A stretch of 64,000 nt of DNA from Phoronis australis (lineage: Eukaryota > Animalia > Phoronida), in the NCBI GenBank assembly GCA_002633005.1, contig NMRA01000783.1, positions 54,926 through 118,925 on the forward strand. Direction: 5' to 3'. The notes under the pieces were generated by a model. That model did no database searches, had not been told where the DNA came from, and was given only the letters and a program-made list of their open reading frames with translations. A program made the position numbers and the translations under genes. Below are positions 13,380 through 24,313 of this stretch, piece by piece (within the stretch, counting starts at the first letter, position 1; every line of letters begins with the position of its first letter).

Positions 13380-13920
13380 GCTGCTGTGGTTGTATTTGAA
13401 GAGGATTGATTCACGAGATGATTGTCGAGCTATTTGGTGCATGGAATGGCTTGTGTGTACTGTAGTTTTAAAGTCAAAATTGACATCTTTTGTTTGGGAC
13501 ACAGATGTTTGGGAGCAAACATTTATCTACTAGAAGTAAATTAACATTAAGTTTGTTTCCCTCGTAAAACCTACGTTGAACTAAATTTGCAATCTGATAA
13601 GAAAGTTTTTTAGCACTGTTATAAATTTTCACACATAAAGGCAGTTCACCGACTCTTGTTCGCATTCAACAACACTGCTCTCCGACCGCCCAGCACGATG
13701 GGTGAACTCCATATTCATGTACAGTGTTGGGCAAACAAGAGCTGTTTGTGTGCGAGACTTGTTTTGTGAGTGCTGCACTGCCTTCAGCAGTCGGTGAGCT
13801 ATGTTTGTCAGTCGGTAAGTTGAGTTTACTGGGCCTGTGAGCCATGTTTTTAACTGAGGAATTATGTTCGTGTGTTTAACAGTCATGTTGTTTCCACCCC
13901 TTAAAATATGAAATATTATT

Positions 13921-14350
13921 AAAAAGGTCACGTTTGAGTCTAATACTGGAATAAAAACTTAATACAAAAATTAGCGACCTTGCGTCCGCATCTCACGGAC
14001 TTCAACTTGGCTTGTGAGGTTATCGTTATTCAGGCCAAGTGGTGGCGTTTTGGCTAAACAGCGTGGCATTGACATCAGTACACCATCCCATACGTGTGAC
14101 AAATTGAATCGTAAACCGCCTCTTTTATTTAAAGAGGGACCCTCAGTGCGCTCGTGGAGAGCTTCCTTTACACCCGTTTTGAACCAGTCTTCCTCACAGT
14201 CTAAGATAGTGACATCATCCGTATTGAAATCATGTCCAGTGGCGCACATGTGAGATGCAGTTGCAACGTCGCTAATTTTTGTAAGTTTTATTCCAGTATT
14301 AGACTCAAACTTGATCTGTTTTCTCAACTGGATGTCTCAAAATTTTCATG
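13921..14350 (-). mobile_element. Penelope-like retroelement remnant (GIY-YIG endonuclease C-terminus) with an inverted terminal copy
   Basis: Minus-strand peptide HMCATGHDFNTDDVTILDCEEDWFKTGVKEALHERTEGPSLNKRGGLRFNLSHVWDGVL fits the PLE GIY-YIG C-terminal pattern; ~60-70 bp inverted repeats at ~13921-13996 and ~14250-14323. Confidence 0.8.
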
Positions 14351-15145
14351 CTTTCATCTTTAAAAAGGAGCAAACATTGACTAAAAATGGGAAAAGAAGT
14401 ATTTTACACACTGTCTTGCTCATGCCGGAGGAATGTGTCTGGTGCAAAAGGAACCAAAAAACTATGTTAAGCGTGGCCCAGTAAATTTTATTTTCTCACC
14501 CTCATGACTTTTATTAACTTACATTAAACTTGGCAGCGTAACCAGTACTTGGTCAATTTTGTTTGAAATCTACCGTGCAGACTATCCAAAGGAACGGTCT
14601 TACCAAAAGTTACCTGAAGTGTAGAGTTTTGGGGATCTTATTTTATCTTAGTAGAGAAACTGTTGTTGACTCAATTGGATTGTTACTTCCCTTAGATATG
14701 TCGTAAAATAAACAATATTTCTTGTCCGCTTTTTTGTCACTGTTGATTTTTTACCTCTCAATCCACCCACATTTGACGATTTTTTATGTCAGTAACTTTG
14801 GTTTGGGCCTCTTGCTACAATAGCATTGGTCTCTGCTTGCACTTTACCAGATAAGACCGAAGTGTTTTTCAGACTTTGGTTGAACTGGCATACTGTTGTT
14901 GCTGAAATTAGTTGGTAGTCATTTCATGCGCGCAGTGTTGTCAGCCAGAGTCACTAGTTCGTGCTTGGAATATTTCTGCCTTTTCAGGTTGCACTGGAGA
15001 TTGGTGTAGGGTGTTATTGTCACTTATTTCAATTAAAAATGCTGCTGCATTGGAAGAGCAAATTTGAGTGGGAAGAAAGTTGCTTTTGACTCCATGCTAC
15101 ATAACGGCTTTGATAGTAAATTGGAAACACTTCCAGCATTTGTTG

Positions 15146-15975
15146 TTTTTATGCGCCCACATATTTATATGTGGCGCATATTGCGTCATCTCTGTTTGTC
15201 GGGCTGTATCGCCTAGAACCTCACAGGATGTTGATGAGATTTGGCAGATGTGTTCCTATGAAGCTGACTACGGATTTCCATCGGACCCGACTGCTGGTGT
15301 GCCTCCTAGTGGCAATTTAGTTTTTTACGTTTACCTCTGTATCTTCAAAGGTCTTCCACCGATTTTCATGGGGCATAGACATCCATTAATAAGGTTACGC
15401 TATCCTCCTGTTTTCGGATGAATTCAACGTATTTTGCGCCCCTAGTGGCCTTTTTTACTGTTTTCGTGTCCTTCCCTCTGTCAACCAAACCACTTTACGG
15501 ATGATTGTGAAAAGTGGTATGTATAATATGTTCTTAGTATGGAGAATACGATTGATGATTTTCTGACGATTTCGACCTCTGTGGTGCCTCCTAGCGGCAG
15601 TTGTTTTTTTTTCTTGCTTCCATAGCTGTATCTCCTGAACCCACTGCGGGATCTTTGTTAAATTTAGCTAGCCAGTTGACATGGACGACAACTTGTGGAC
15701 GGATCCGACGAACTCTGTGCTCACTAGTGGCAATTTTATTTTATTTTTTATTTTTTCGTTTTCCCCTCTTTCTGTTAAGTTCCTTGACGGATTTTTATGA
15801 GATTTGGCAAATAGCTTTCTGTTAAAGAAACGATGTCATGTTGCCGTTTTCGGATGGATTCGACGTATTTTGCGCCATGTAGTGGCCATTTAAGGATGCA
15901 AATAAACCCCTCTAGAAGCACACCGTTCCGGTGCATTCGTAGGCGCGTTCAAACACTCCGCGTTGCTCTCATGTT
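15146..15975 (+). mobile_element. HINE/DINE-like (Helentron-associated) non-autonomous element with ~140-bp internal repeats
   Basis: T-run followed by the short palindrome ATGCGCCCAC-ATATTTATAT-GTGGCGCAT; diverged internal repeats each end in GCC(Y)CTAGTGGC; a related copy lies at 42356. Confidence 0.65.
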
Positions 15976-17091
15976 TAACAAATTGATGAGCTTTTTCACA
16001 AAAGTTGTTTTGCTGGAGAGTTTCACATACAGATGCGTGTAAGATGTTCAATGCATAGCGGTGTGTTTTTTAAACGCAAGTACGGTTCACGAGACCTTCA
16101 AGTCGAGAAATTTTCGCTTTTACAAGGCAAACTAGCGTATTCTATGTCAGAATTCAAAACGATTAGTCCTTTAAATGACCTTCATTTTTGCTGGTAGGCC
16201 TATGATAACGAGAGTCACTTGCGAAACGCTCGCTTTTCTCTCAAGTGATTTGGGTGGTTTCACTGCGTGGTCTCGCTTGAGGTGCCGGCGAGAAACCGCC
16301 GCACTCTCTAGCATACACGTACATTCTAGTAGGTAAGTATGCAATTTGAAAAAGGAGAAAATAAATGTTGAAAAAACAACTGCCAAAATTCTAGGACTGA
16401 CTTGCCATCCGAATGTCATCAAAGTAATTAAAGATGCATTCAAACTACGCGCCAACTCGCAACATTTGAGTCCAGAGAAAAATAACGACAGGGAAAGTCA
16501 TAGTTCGCGAGAAGAGTCAACGAGGCAGTAGATGTATGTGTGGAGTATAATTAATTTCATTTCCACCTATGTGTATCTCTGATGAATCAGTAAGATGGAA
16601 ATTTCTGGAAATCTGGACTGGTAGAAAAGAAATAAGCAAAACCCTGGAGTCCCACTCCTGTCTCGCAACGAGAAATCGAGCGCACAACCCCCATTGGAAG
16701 TACATGGCAATATGTCATGTGTACTTGCTTTTCTAGTGAGGTAATTAGCGTTATTGAACTCGATCCACGTACACCGAAAGCACGAAGCGACGCGAGATAA
16801 ACGCATTTGAGGTCGGATCAGGCGGCAATGTTTGCCTAACTTACGCTAAAAAATTTCATTAAACTATCGTTTTTCTGCAATAAATCTGAAGGTCTATTAC
16901 TGAAGAAGCCGCGTCTTACATGTTTACGACCTTTGCGGCCGTTAACACTCGGGATTTGTCAAAAGAATTGGCCACTGGGTATAAACCGGTGAACGGAGCT
17001 TATCGACGGTTCATTGACGCAACGAATCGTAAAGAAGTACTGAATCGCCTTGTTCACGCAATTATTCTCTGCAGACCAACTCGGTACCAAA

Positions 17092-17148
17092 CAGGCGGGT
17101 CCAAGGGGTCTTGACTTGGACCCCCCCCCCATCCTGAATCCGCTCCTG
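17092..17148. mobile_element. Tiny CAGG..CCTG MITE with 5-bp TSD
   Basis: TSD CCAAA at 17087-91 and 17149-53. Confidence 0.6.
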
Positions 17149-17923
17149 CCAAAGCATGGTGACTTTTCGCGGCTTTAAATATGGGTCATATTAGTTGATC
17201 AATGAAAGCTTTTAGATTCGAGGTTTCGTGTTTTCTAAGTCAATAAAGTACACGGGTTATTTGATGTATGTTTAAACTAACACCATTTAGGTTAAATTTT
17301 GCTTAGGATGACGAAATTGGGACAATCCAATGTCATTCCATTAGCCTAATCGTCCCAGATGCAGTAGTTAGACCTCAAGCATCCATTTTCAACGAGCCTT
17401 AACAACGGCTCTTTAAATATCCCAGCTTGCAAAATCCCTATACGCCATGACTCAGTGATTACGTGGGTGCAAACTATCGACAACCACGGAGGTGCAGTGG
17501 TGACAATGAGAAAGAATCTGACTTTGGGGCAACAGATTGGCGAAGTCGAATGTCTTAGTGTATTCTTTCTCTAATGATGTTTACCTCCCTGTGGGCCTTC
17601 TTACTAAAAGCGGCTGAAGTTTCGGGGGCGGGGGTTGACAAAAACTGTTGTTGGGATATCACGGGGATACAATTAAGTGGAGGTAAAAACAGATGTAGAC
17701 TAGGTATGGAGGGGTGTAAAAACAAGTAGTAACCTCATGGCGAATCTTGGAGGAGAAACTACCTATGGGAGGAGGGTTGCGCTTACTTTTGTTTGCCACC
17801 CACCCCATATAAATTTTACCTTGCTACGGACCCGTTCGCTTATCCATCTCTAAAAGTGATGGGAGGATGAAGAGAAACAGGAAACATTTTAATTAGGGCG
17901 GTCTCAGTTTTCTAATGCAGCTT

Positions 17924-18370
17924 CCAGTGGCCGGTTGCTTGAAACAGTCCCAAATAGGGACTCAACTAAGGTCTTTTTGCGTATTTGTGTCTTTATGGAC
18001 TCACAGATGCAATATTTTCCTATCATTTCATCTTTAATACGAGAGCCTCTTTGATTAATGACATTTTTCAAATAATATACATCTGTAACTAAAAACTGAG
18101 CATTGAGTCAATTAAAAAGAAATAGGGACTTAGTCCTTAAACTGGGGGTGTTGCATGAAAAGATCCCTATTTATTTTCGAAAATATTGACAATTCAACGT
18201 AGAGTTCCCTCTCGATTTGTATCAAAGTCAAAAGTTGTCTTAGTAACGGCACTAAAACAATACAAGAAAGGGCAATCGATGTTTTCACAAGTTCAAAAAT
18301 ACGCAGTAGATTTAGGGAACTTACTAAGTTGAGTCCCTATTTGGGACTGTTTCATGCAACCGGACACTGG
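17924..18370. mobile_element. MITE with ~45-bp TIRs
   Basis: CCAGTGGCCGGTTGCTTGAAACAGTCCCAAATAGGGGACTCAACT ... AGTTGAGTCCCTATTTGGGACTGTTTCATGCAACCGGACACTGG. Confidence 0.85.
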
Positions 18371-18413
18371 TTTATATTTTACAAAAGATTCCTTGCAAGA
18401 TTTAGGTCCAAGC

Positions 18414-18625
18414 CAGGGGCGGATCCAGGATTTTGAGTTAGGGGGCAGGGCACAGGAATACCAAAATTTTGCCACATGCGCGCGCCCAACCTAAAATGTA
18501 GGGATGCAGAGATCTCGAATTTTTGGGTTTGTGAACCTTATTGCTAAAAAAGAAAACGGTAAACGGGGNTCAGCAATTCGCATCCCGAACTGCCAAATGG
18601 TCCCCTATACCTAAATCCGCCACTG
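18414..18625. mobile_element. MITE, CAGGGGCGGATCCAGG family, 5-bp TSD
   Basis: CAGGGGCGGATCCAGG ... CCTAAATCCGCCACTG; TSD CAAGC on both sides. Confidence 0.8.
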
Positions 18626-18942
18626 CAAGCATGTTTATCCTCACGGTGCATCGCCCAGAGACCTTGTGCGGGGTAGCACAGAAAAAGGCGGGTGGCTGTA
18701 GCCACCCAGCCTCCTATGGTGCGCCGCCCATGATCCTGCAAGCAATTGGGGCGAAAATGGAACGAACTCCTAGTTACCAAGCATGCTTGAAATCTCTGGT
18801 GTTACTGACCCGGCAAACATCAATTCCGAGCACGTGTGATGCGCGTGGGACGCTCCGCTTTCCAAAATCAGCTGCGTCTATGTACGTGCAGTGAGGAACA
18901 TTCTTTCAGAGTAAGAGAAGTTCTTTAATAAACTGGACTAAG

Positions 18943-20940
18943 ATGCCGCCACACGACGTGGTCTCTTTCTGGGCACTGGTGTTCTGTGTCATTGCGTCAT
19001 TTCTCTTCCCCTGTGGTTTGGGAAATGGAAATAAAAACGACACCAGTAATCAACCTGTGAATGAATTACGAGGCTCTACAAAAAACAAAATCGGAGGTGG
19101 ACAAAATGAACAAGATGGTGAAGAAAATGAACAAATGTATGGAAGCGGTCAAGGCAGTGAAGAGATAGAGCAAGGCAGTGGTGAGACAACAGAGTGTGAT
19201 CAACCTATTCTTCTGAACGGAAAAATAGTTGGTAGCTTCAGTGAGAGGTACCGAGATGGCGACGGAGTGATTTTCAAATGTAACGGAGGATTTTTCTTGC
19301 AAGGAAACCAGGAGGCTATTTGTCAACCAAATGGAAATTGGACCAGTTTGCCTAATTGTACTGTATCAAATTCTACATGTTCAAGACCAATCTTAAAAAA
19401 TTCCATGGTTAAATCTGGCAAAAGGAAAGAATACAAGATCAACGAACAGGTAACAGTAGCCTGTATGCCGTCCTATTACATCATGCAAGGCTCGCCCTTA
19501 ATAACATGCTTGGGTTTATCGAATTGGTCTGGTGCACCAAGGTGCATGGAATCTACGAAAATCGCCGGCTCGATATTTCTCAATATAAGTTTTAGAGCGA
19601 TTTACAGTGACCTAAAAAATAGGACAACTATAGAGTTCGTTGAAACCATCGAGACGTGGCTCATATCGATATACAACAAAACAATTGCAGATTTCCACAA
19701 CGTGAAAGTTACCGGATTGGATAGAGGACGAGCTCTTGTTGTTGTAGATCACAACATAATCATTAAAGGACGTAAAACTGACTCTCAGCTCCATGAATTC
19801 GTAACGTTATCGTTGAAAAGGTTTGCCAATGGAAGCGTAGTTACGATAGAAAATCGAAATGTTAATGTCATTGGCCGACCGATCCTCAGATACAGTTCAC
19901 GAAATAAAACACAATCTGAAGAGGGAAATTTTAAAATAGTTGAAGAACCATTCTTTCTAATACTTCCCATTACTTGTGGTATCGTTGGATTATTAATTAT
20001 TGTAATTGGCATTGTTTTGTTGTGTAATCGAGCGAAAATGAAAAAAAGGAAAAACATTCAACAAGGACAAACAGCACCAAGAATACTGAGCCTAGCACCG
20101 CCGCCGCCTTGGGCACCTCAGGGTCAGACGGAAGTTGACCAAGGTAAACCTGATGAGAAAACTATCTCGCCTGAAACGTCAGTTTGCGCTAAGGGCTGGA
20201 AAACACTTCGGGAAAAGTGGAGTCCGTCCGAGGAAGTTGATCATGATAATTCGGTGAAAGTCCCGCCGCCTAAAATGGGAACGATAACGGAAGTGGAATC
20301 GACGACACATGCTGAGGTAACAGAGGAACCAGAAATCCCTGTAGAGATGCAACGGGGGAATTTGGTAACGTCGACACGTGACGATAATCTGGAAAAATTA
20401 TTGGAAATCGTTCAAAAGGCGAGGTCGTCCAGAGCAAGTGGCCAGCTTGGCGCCGAGATCAAGTTAGCCGAACGGAAAATGGATAAACTTAAAGCGATGA
20501 AAAAATACACGGAGAAAGTAGTTGAAAAAACAAAAGAGATTGCTCAAGAAGTCAAGCGTTATCATCACCCCCCGCCCGTACTTTTCGACATTGTGATTGC
20601 CATGTTACTGTTCTGCGGAGAACACGAAGATAAAACACGCGAATGGCGAAACTGTCAGCAATATTTCACAATGCACGCGTCAACTGACACGCTGTGGATA
20701 TTCGAAAGACTCGCTGACATTAAACTGAAACACATACACCCGGAGATTGCTACGCGAATTCTGGAAATCATTGGCAAGCACGATTTCATGGATGTGGCTG
20801 AAGCCAGTAGGGGAGCAAATGTCATGTACTTATGCCTAAGAACAATTTGCGAGAAAGTTGTTGCTGGCGTTGTTGGCACAAAACCAGCTGTAGGAGAAAG
20901 ACAGGCTCAACTTCTCTCTGAAATGACAAAGAAAATTTGA
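18943..20940 (+). CDS. Intronless type I membrane protein: signal peptide, 2 CCP/Sushi, SEA-like, TM, cytoplasmic dynein-stalk MTBD-like domain (665 aa)
   Basis: Uninterrupted 1998-nt ORF. Hydrophobic N-terminus (aa ~7-27); CCP cysteine/tryptophan pattern at aa 85-139 and 146-201; SEA-like aa ~203-315; TM aa 337-361 followed by basic RAKMKKRK; many NxS/T sequons on the extracellular side; C-terminal aa ~533-637 matches dynein MTBD motifs. Confidence 0.9.
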   Translation: MPPHDVVSFWALVFCVIASFLFPCGLGNGNKNDTSNQPVNELRGSTKNKIGGGQNEQDGEENEQMYGSGQGSEEIEQGSGETTECDQPILLNGKIVGSFSERYRDGDGVIFKCNGGFFLQGNQEAICQPNGNWTSLPNCTVSNSTCSRPILKNSMVKSGKRKEYKINEQVTVACMPSYYIMQGSPLITCLGLSNWSGAPRCMESTKIAGSIFLNISFRAIYSDLKNRTTIEFVETIETWLISIYNKTIADFHNVKVTGLDRGRALVVVDHNIIIKGRKTDSQLHEFVTLSLKRFANGSVVTIENRNVNVIGRPILRYSSRNKTQSEEGNFKIVEEPFFLILPITCGIVGLLIIVIGIVLLCNRAKMKKRKNIQQGQTAPRILSLAPPPPWAPQGQTEVDQGKPDEKTISPETSVCAKGWKTLREKWSPSEEVDHDNSVKVPPPKMGTITEVESTTHAEVTEEPEIPVEMQRGNLVTSTRDDNLEKLLEIVQKARSSRASGQLGAEIKLAERKMDKLKAMKKYTEKVVEKTKEIAQEVKRYHHPPPVLFDIVIAMLLFCGEHEDKTREWRNCQQYFTMHASTDTLWIFERLADIKLKHIHPEIATRILEIIGKHDFMDVAEASRGANVMYLCLRTICEKVVAGVVGTKPAVGERQAQLLSEMTKKI

Positions 20941-21271
20941 TTTGTACCAGTTTTCAATTAGCCACATGCCTTTGTGTCATGCTCTTTGGTGTGATCAGAA
21001 ACCAAGGAAGACAAGTTAGCCTAGACCGATCCAGAAGTCGCTGTGGTATGGAGTTTTCTACGCAGGTTTTGTTTCCAAACTCGCGTGAACAGGCCATGTG
21101 ACGTTATACATGTATCTTCAACAGTTGGTCACAACATGCTCACGTAAAGATGATTTGAACTATAAAATTGTTTACATGTGTATTTTTGTAAGTTTTCATT
21201 GTTTTACTCGTGACGAGTTCTTAGTTACAAATTCCTCTGCAAAACGCTCTCTAGCGTACATGTCCCCAAAC

Positions 21272-21427
21272 CAATGCTGTAGTGGTAAAATAAGACGTAA
21301 GTAGGCGCCCAAAGCCCACCGTACCACCTTGAGCACTGAACATAACTAACGGTACGTAGGCGCTACGTTCAAATGCCAAAAGGTGGTTGGCTGCGCCTAC
21401 GTGCGCCTACGCCCCACTACAGCTCTG
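21272..21427. mobile_element. hAT-like MITE with 8-bp TSD
   Basis: CAATGCTGTAGTGG ... CCACTACAGCTCTG; flanks CCCCAAAC / TCCCAAAC (7/8 match). Confidence 0.65.
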
Positions 21428-21972
21428 TCCCAAACAATGGCCAAGATTCAAATTTAACCAAATTTGTTATTTTCGTACCTGGAAACTAATCTCGACCGTT
21501 CGTCCGGGTACACAATCCCCAAAGTCGCCCGCATGTCTTTGCATTCTCTATATCAATAATCGCGGCATACATTTCTCTGGGGTTCTGGACCCCGAAATAA
21601 TTTTTTCGCGACTATTGTTGAGGACTACTAACACACGTGGCTTTGGGGATGTTCTGGATGTGGGTCAAAGATATTCGTTTGGATGAATAAAATATGAAAA
21701 TTTAGGTTCAGTTCGACTGACCTGAATCGGTATCATTCATCTAATTTCGAGTCCAGTTACACCTGTACTTTTAACACTGCTTATGCGATTACTTTGTCTT
21801 GGAAATTATTGACAAGTCTTTACACGTGTTCGATAACTACATGTATGTGCAAAACCACAAAAATTAGCTACCTATGATATATATTTTCTGACAGGTGCAT
21901 ATTAGCATCCTGATGACATTTTATTTTTGACTTCGTGCCAGTCTGTCACTCAGTAGTTTTGTCACGTGTCCA

Positions 21973-23072
21973 TGTCTTAATAAATTATACCAAAAAGAAG
22001 AGTACAATATTATTCACACCAAAACAAAAACATCAGTAACAAGTTTAAGCCGAAATTCATTTGCTATCTATGTTCACAGAACTCAAATTAAGACGTTATG
22101 TTTTTAAAACATCTTTTATGCAACTTGATTTTGATTTTTGTTCACAAAAATTGTAAATATTCTGTTTTTGATTGAAGAGTACATAAAGCCCAGAATGCGT
22201 TCGATCGATCATTTCTTAGTCACGTTGAACATGACGTTTGTTCCAAAGTCAGATTGGGCGTTCAGTGCCTACAGGTACCGTCAAGGGAGCTACCTTGTAA
22301 AAAAAAAAACGTTTACCGCTAGCCGTTAATGGACTTTTCACGTAAATAATCTAGTGCTGCGACTTTGTGAGAGAGCACCCCGGCCCATTCGAAAATGTTT
22401 TCAGTTACAGGCCACTATATCAGAAAGGTTTTGAGCATACATGTACGGATTGGCTCGCGACATTTTTGTGTATATTGGGTTCATCCAAAGCGAATTCCCG
22501 GCAATGCATCCCCCTAAGCCGAACANTGTCTTAATAAATTATACCAAAAAGAAGAGTACAATATTATTCACACCAAAACAAAAACATCAGTAACAAGTTT
22601 AAGACGAAATTCATTTGCTATCTATGTTCACAGAACTCAAATTAAGACGTTATGTTTTTAAAACATCTTTTATGCAACTTGATTTTGATTTTTGTTCACA
22701 AAAATTGTAAATTTTCTGTTTTTGATTGAAGAGTACATAAAGCACAGAATGCGTTCGATCGATCATTTCTTAGTGACGTTGAACATGACGTTTGTTCCAA
22801 AGTCAGATTGGGCGTTCAGTGCCTACAGGTACCGTCAAGGGAGCTACCTAGTAAAAATAAAACGTTTACCGCTAGCCGTTAATGGTCTTTTCACGTAAAT
22901 AATCTAGTGCTGCGACTTTGTGAGAGAGCACCCCGGCCCATTCGAAAATGTTTTCAGTTACAGGCCACTATATCAAAAAGGTTTTGAGCATACGGATTGG
23001 CTCGCGACATTTTTGTGTATATTGGGTTCATCCCAAGCGAATGCCCGGCAATGCATCCCCCTAAGCCGAACA
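21973..23072. repeat. ~550-bp near-identical tandem duplication joined by a single N (probable assembly artefact)
   Basis: 21973-22525 vs 22527-23072, N at 22526. Confidence 0.9.
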
Positions 23073-24313
23073 CGCCGGATCAAAGTTGATCATGACAAGA
23101 TTTATGAACTTTCTTATCGATAGTTTCTATCGGATAAAAGCACGAACCCGGTATTTCCAAAGATGTGCCCTTTGTGGTCGAAGGGGCATTTCCAGCCTGT
23201 TATGTCGTATTTTTCCCAGCTGGTCGCCGTGAAACTCACAGGCTGCTCTAGTGCAGTAACGGAACCGGTAAGTTGCTATGATCATAAACATGGGGAGCAG
23301 AAACCCACAAATTCGAGCCAAATCCGTCTGGCGTTAGAACACTGAAAACAACAAAAAATGGCCACTGCATCATCGCTGAGGCAAGAGGACTGAGGATATT
23401 TGAGACTAAATTCTCGCATATTCATTCATCGATAAACAGAAACGGTACTTGCTTTTCAAAAGCGCCGATCGAGTGCGGTCGGTGGGGGTGACGGTCGGTG
23501 GAAGTGGTGGCAACGGAAAGCTAAACCCGTTCCCGACTTTCCCTATCAGAGTACGGGTGCTTTATAAATGAGGTCGGGTTGCCGCGGGGCGGTTGCTTGC
23601 AGCGAAAAAGTGAGCTCAGTATCGTGTAGTAGATTTACTTAAATGCAAGTAGTCCACAAAGCTACACATACCATACTGTGTCTCTTTGGCAAAATTACTT
23701 AATTGGTGGTGAGGAAATTCGAGGTGGCGCAACAATCGGCAGTTAAGGTTATGTGAAACCCTATACTATGGTCAAAAGTTTGTGTTCACTTCGGAGCACC
23801 ATATGTCTTCAGAAACAGTTGATCGTATTCATATGAAACTCTATGCTAGGCAGAGTTCTCAAACATGCTGCCTATGACTTGTTTTTAAAATTTCAGACTA
23901 CATTTGCATGAGTGGATATCAAACATAATTCTATGAGTTTTACTTATGAAAAATATTTAAACATGTGTAAAACGAAAACGAAATGAAATGTTAACAGCAG
24001 TTTTTAGTCCACTCTTGAACATTTGATGAGTGCTCAGTTGTTAATACCGTCGTTTAATCACAACTATTAATGATGTTTCGTTTTTGCTAGCTAAATTTTA
24101 CTAGAAGGCCTAATTAATAATAGATTGATAACTAAGTAAAAAAACAAATTCCGTACAAGCTTTCTACATTCACAGAACTTAAAATCTGTTGTTTTCTATA
24201 GATATTTTGTTACAGTAGATCGGACTTTTCGATAACGTACGTCCTGCACTTACTAGCTATAGGTTTGAAATAGTCTTGGCTCATTCCGTACGTCACATAC
24301 AGTTGTCGGACAT

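Noticed and set aside
20923-20940. PDZ-binding or ER-retrieval motif at the C-terminus (MTKKI)
   Set aside because: The third-from-last residue is Lys, not Ser/Thr, and the lysines are not in KKxx or KxKxx positions
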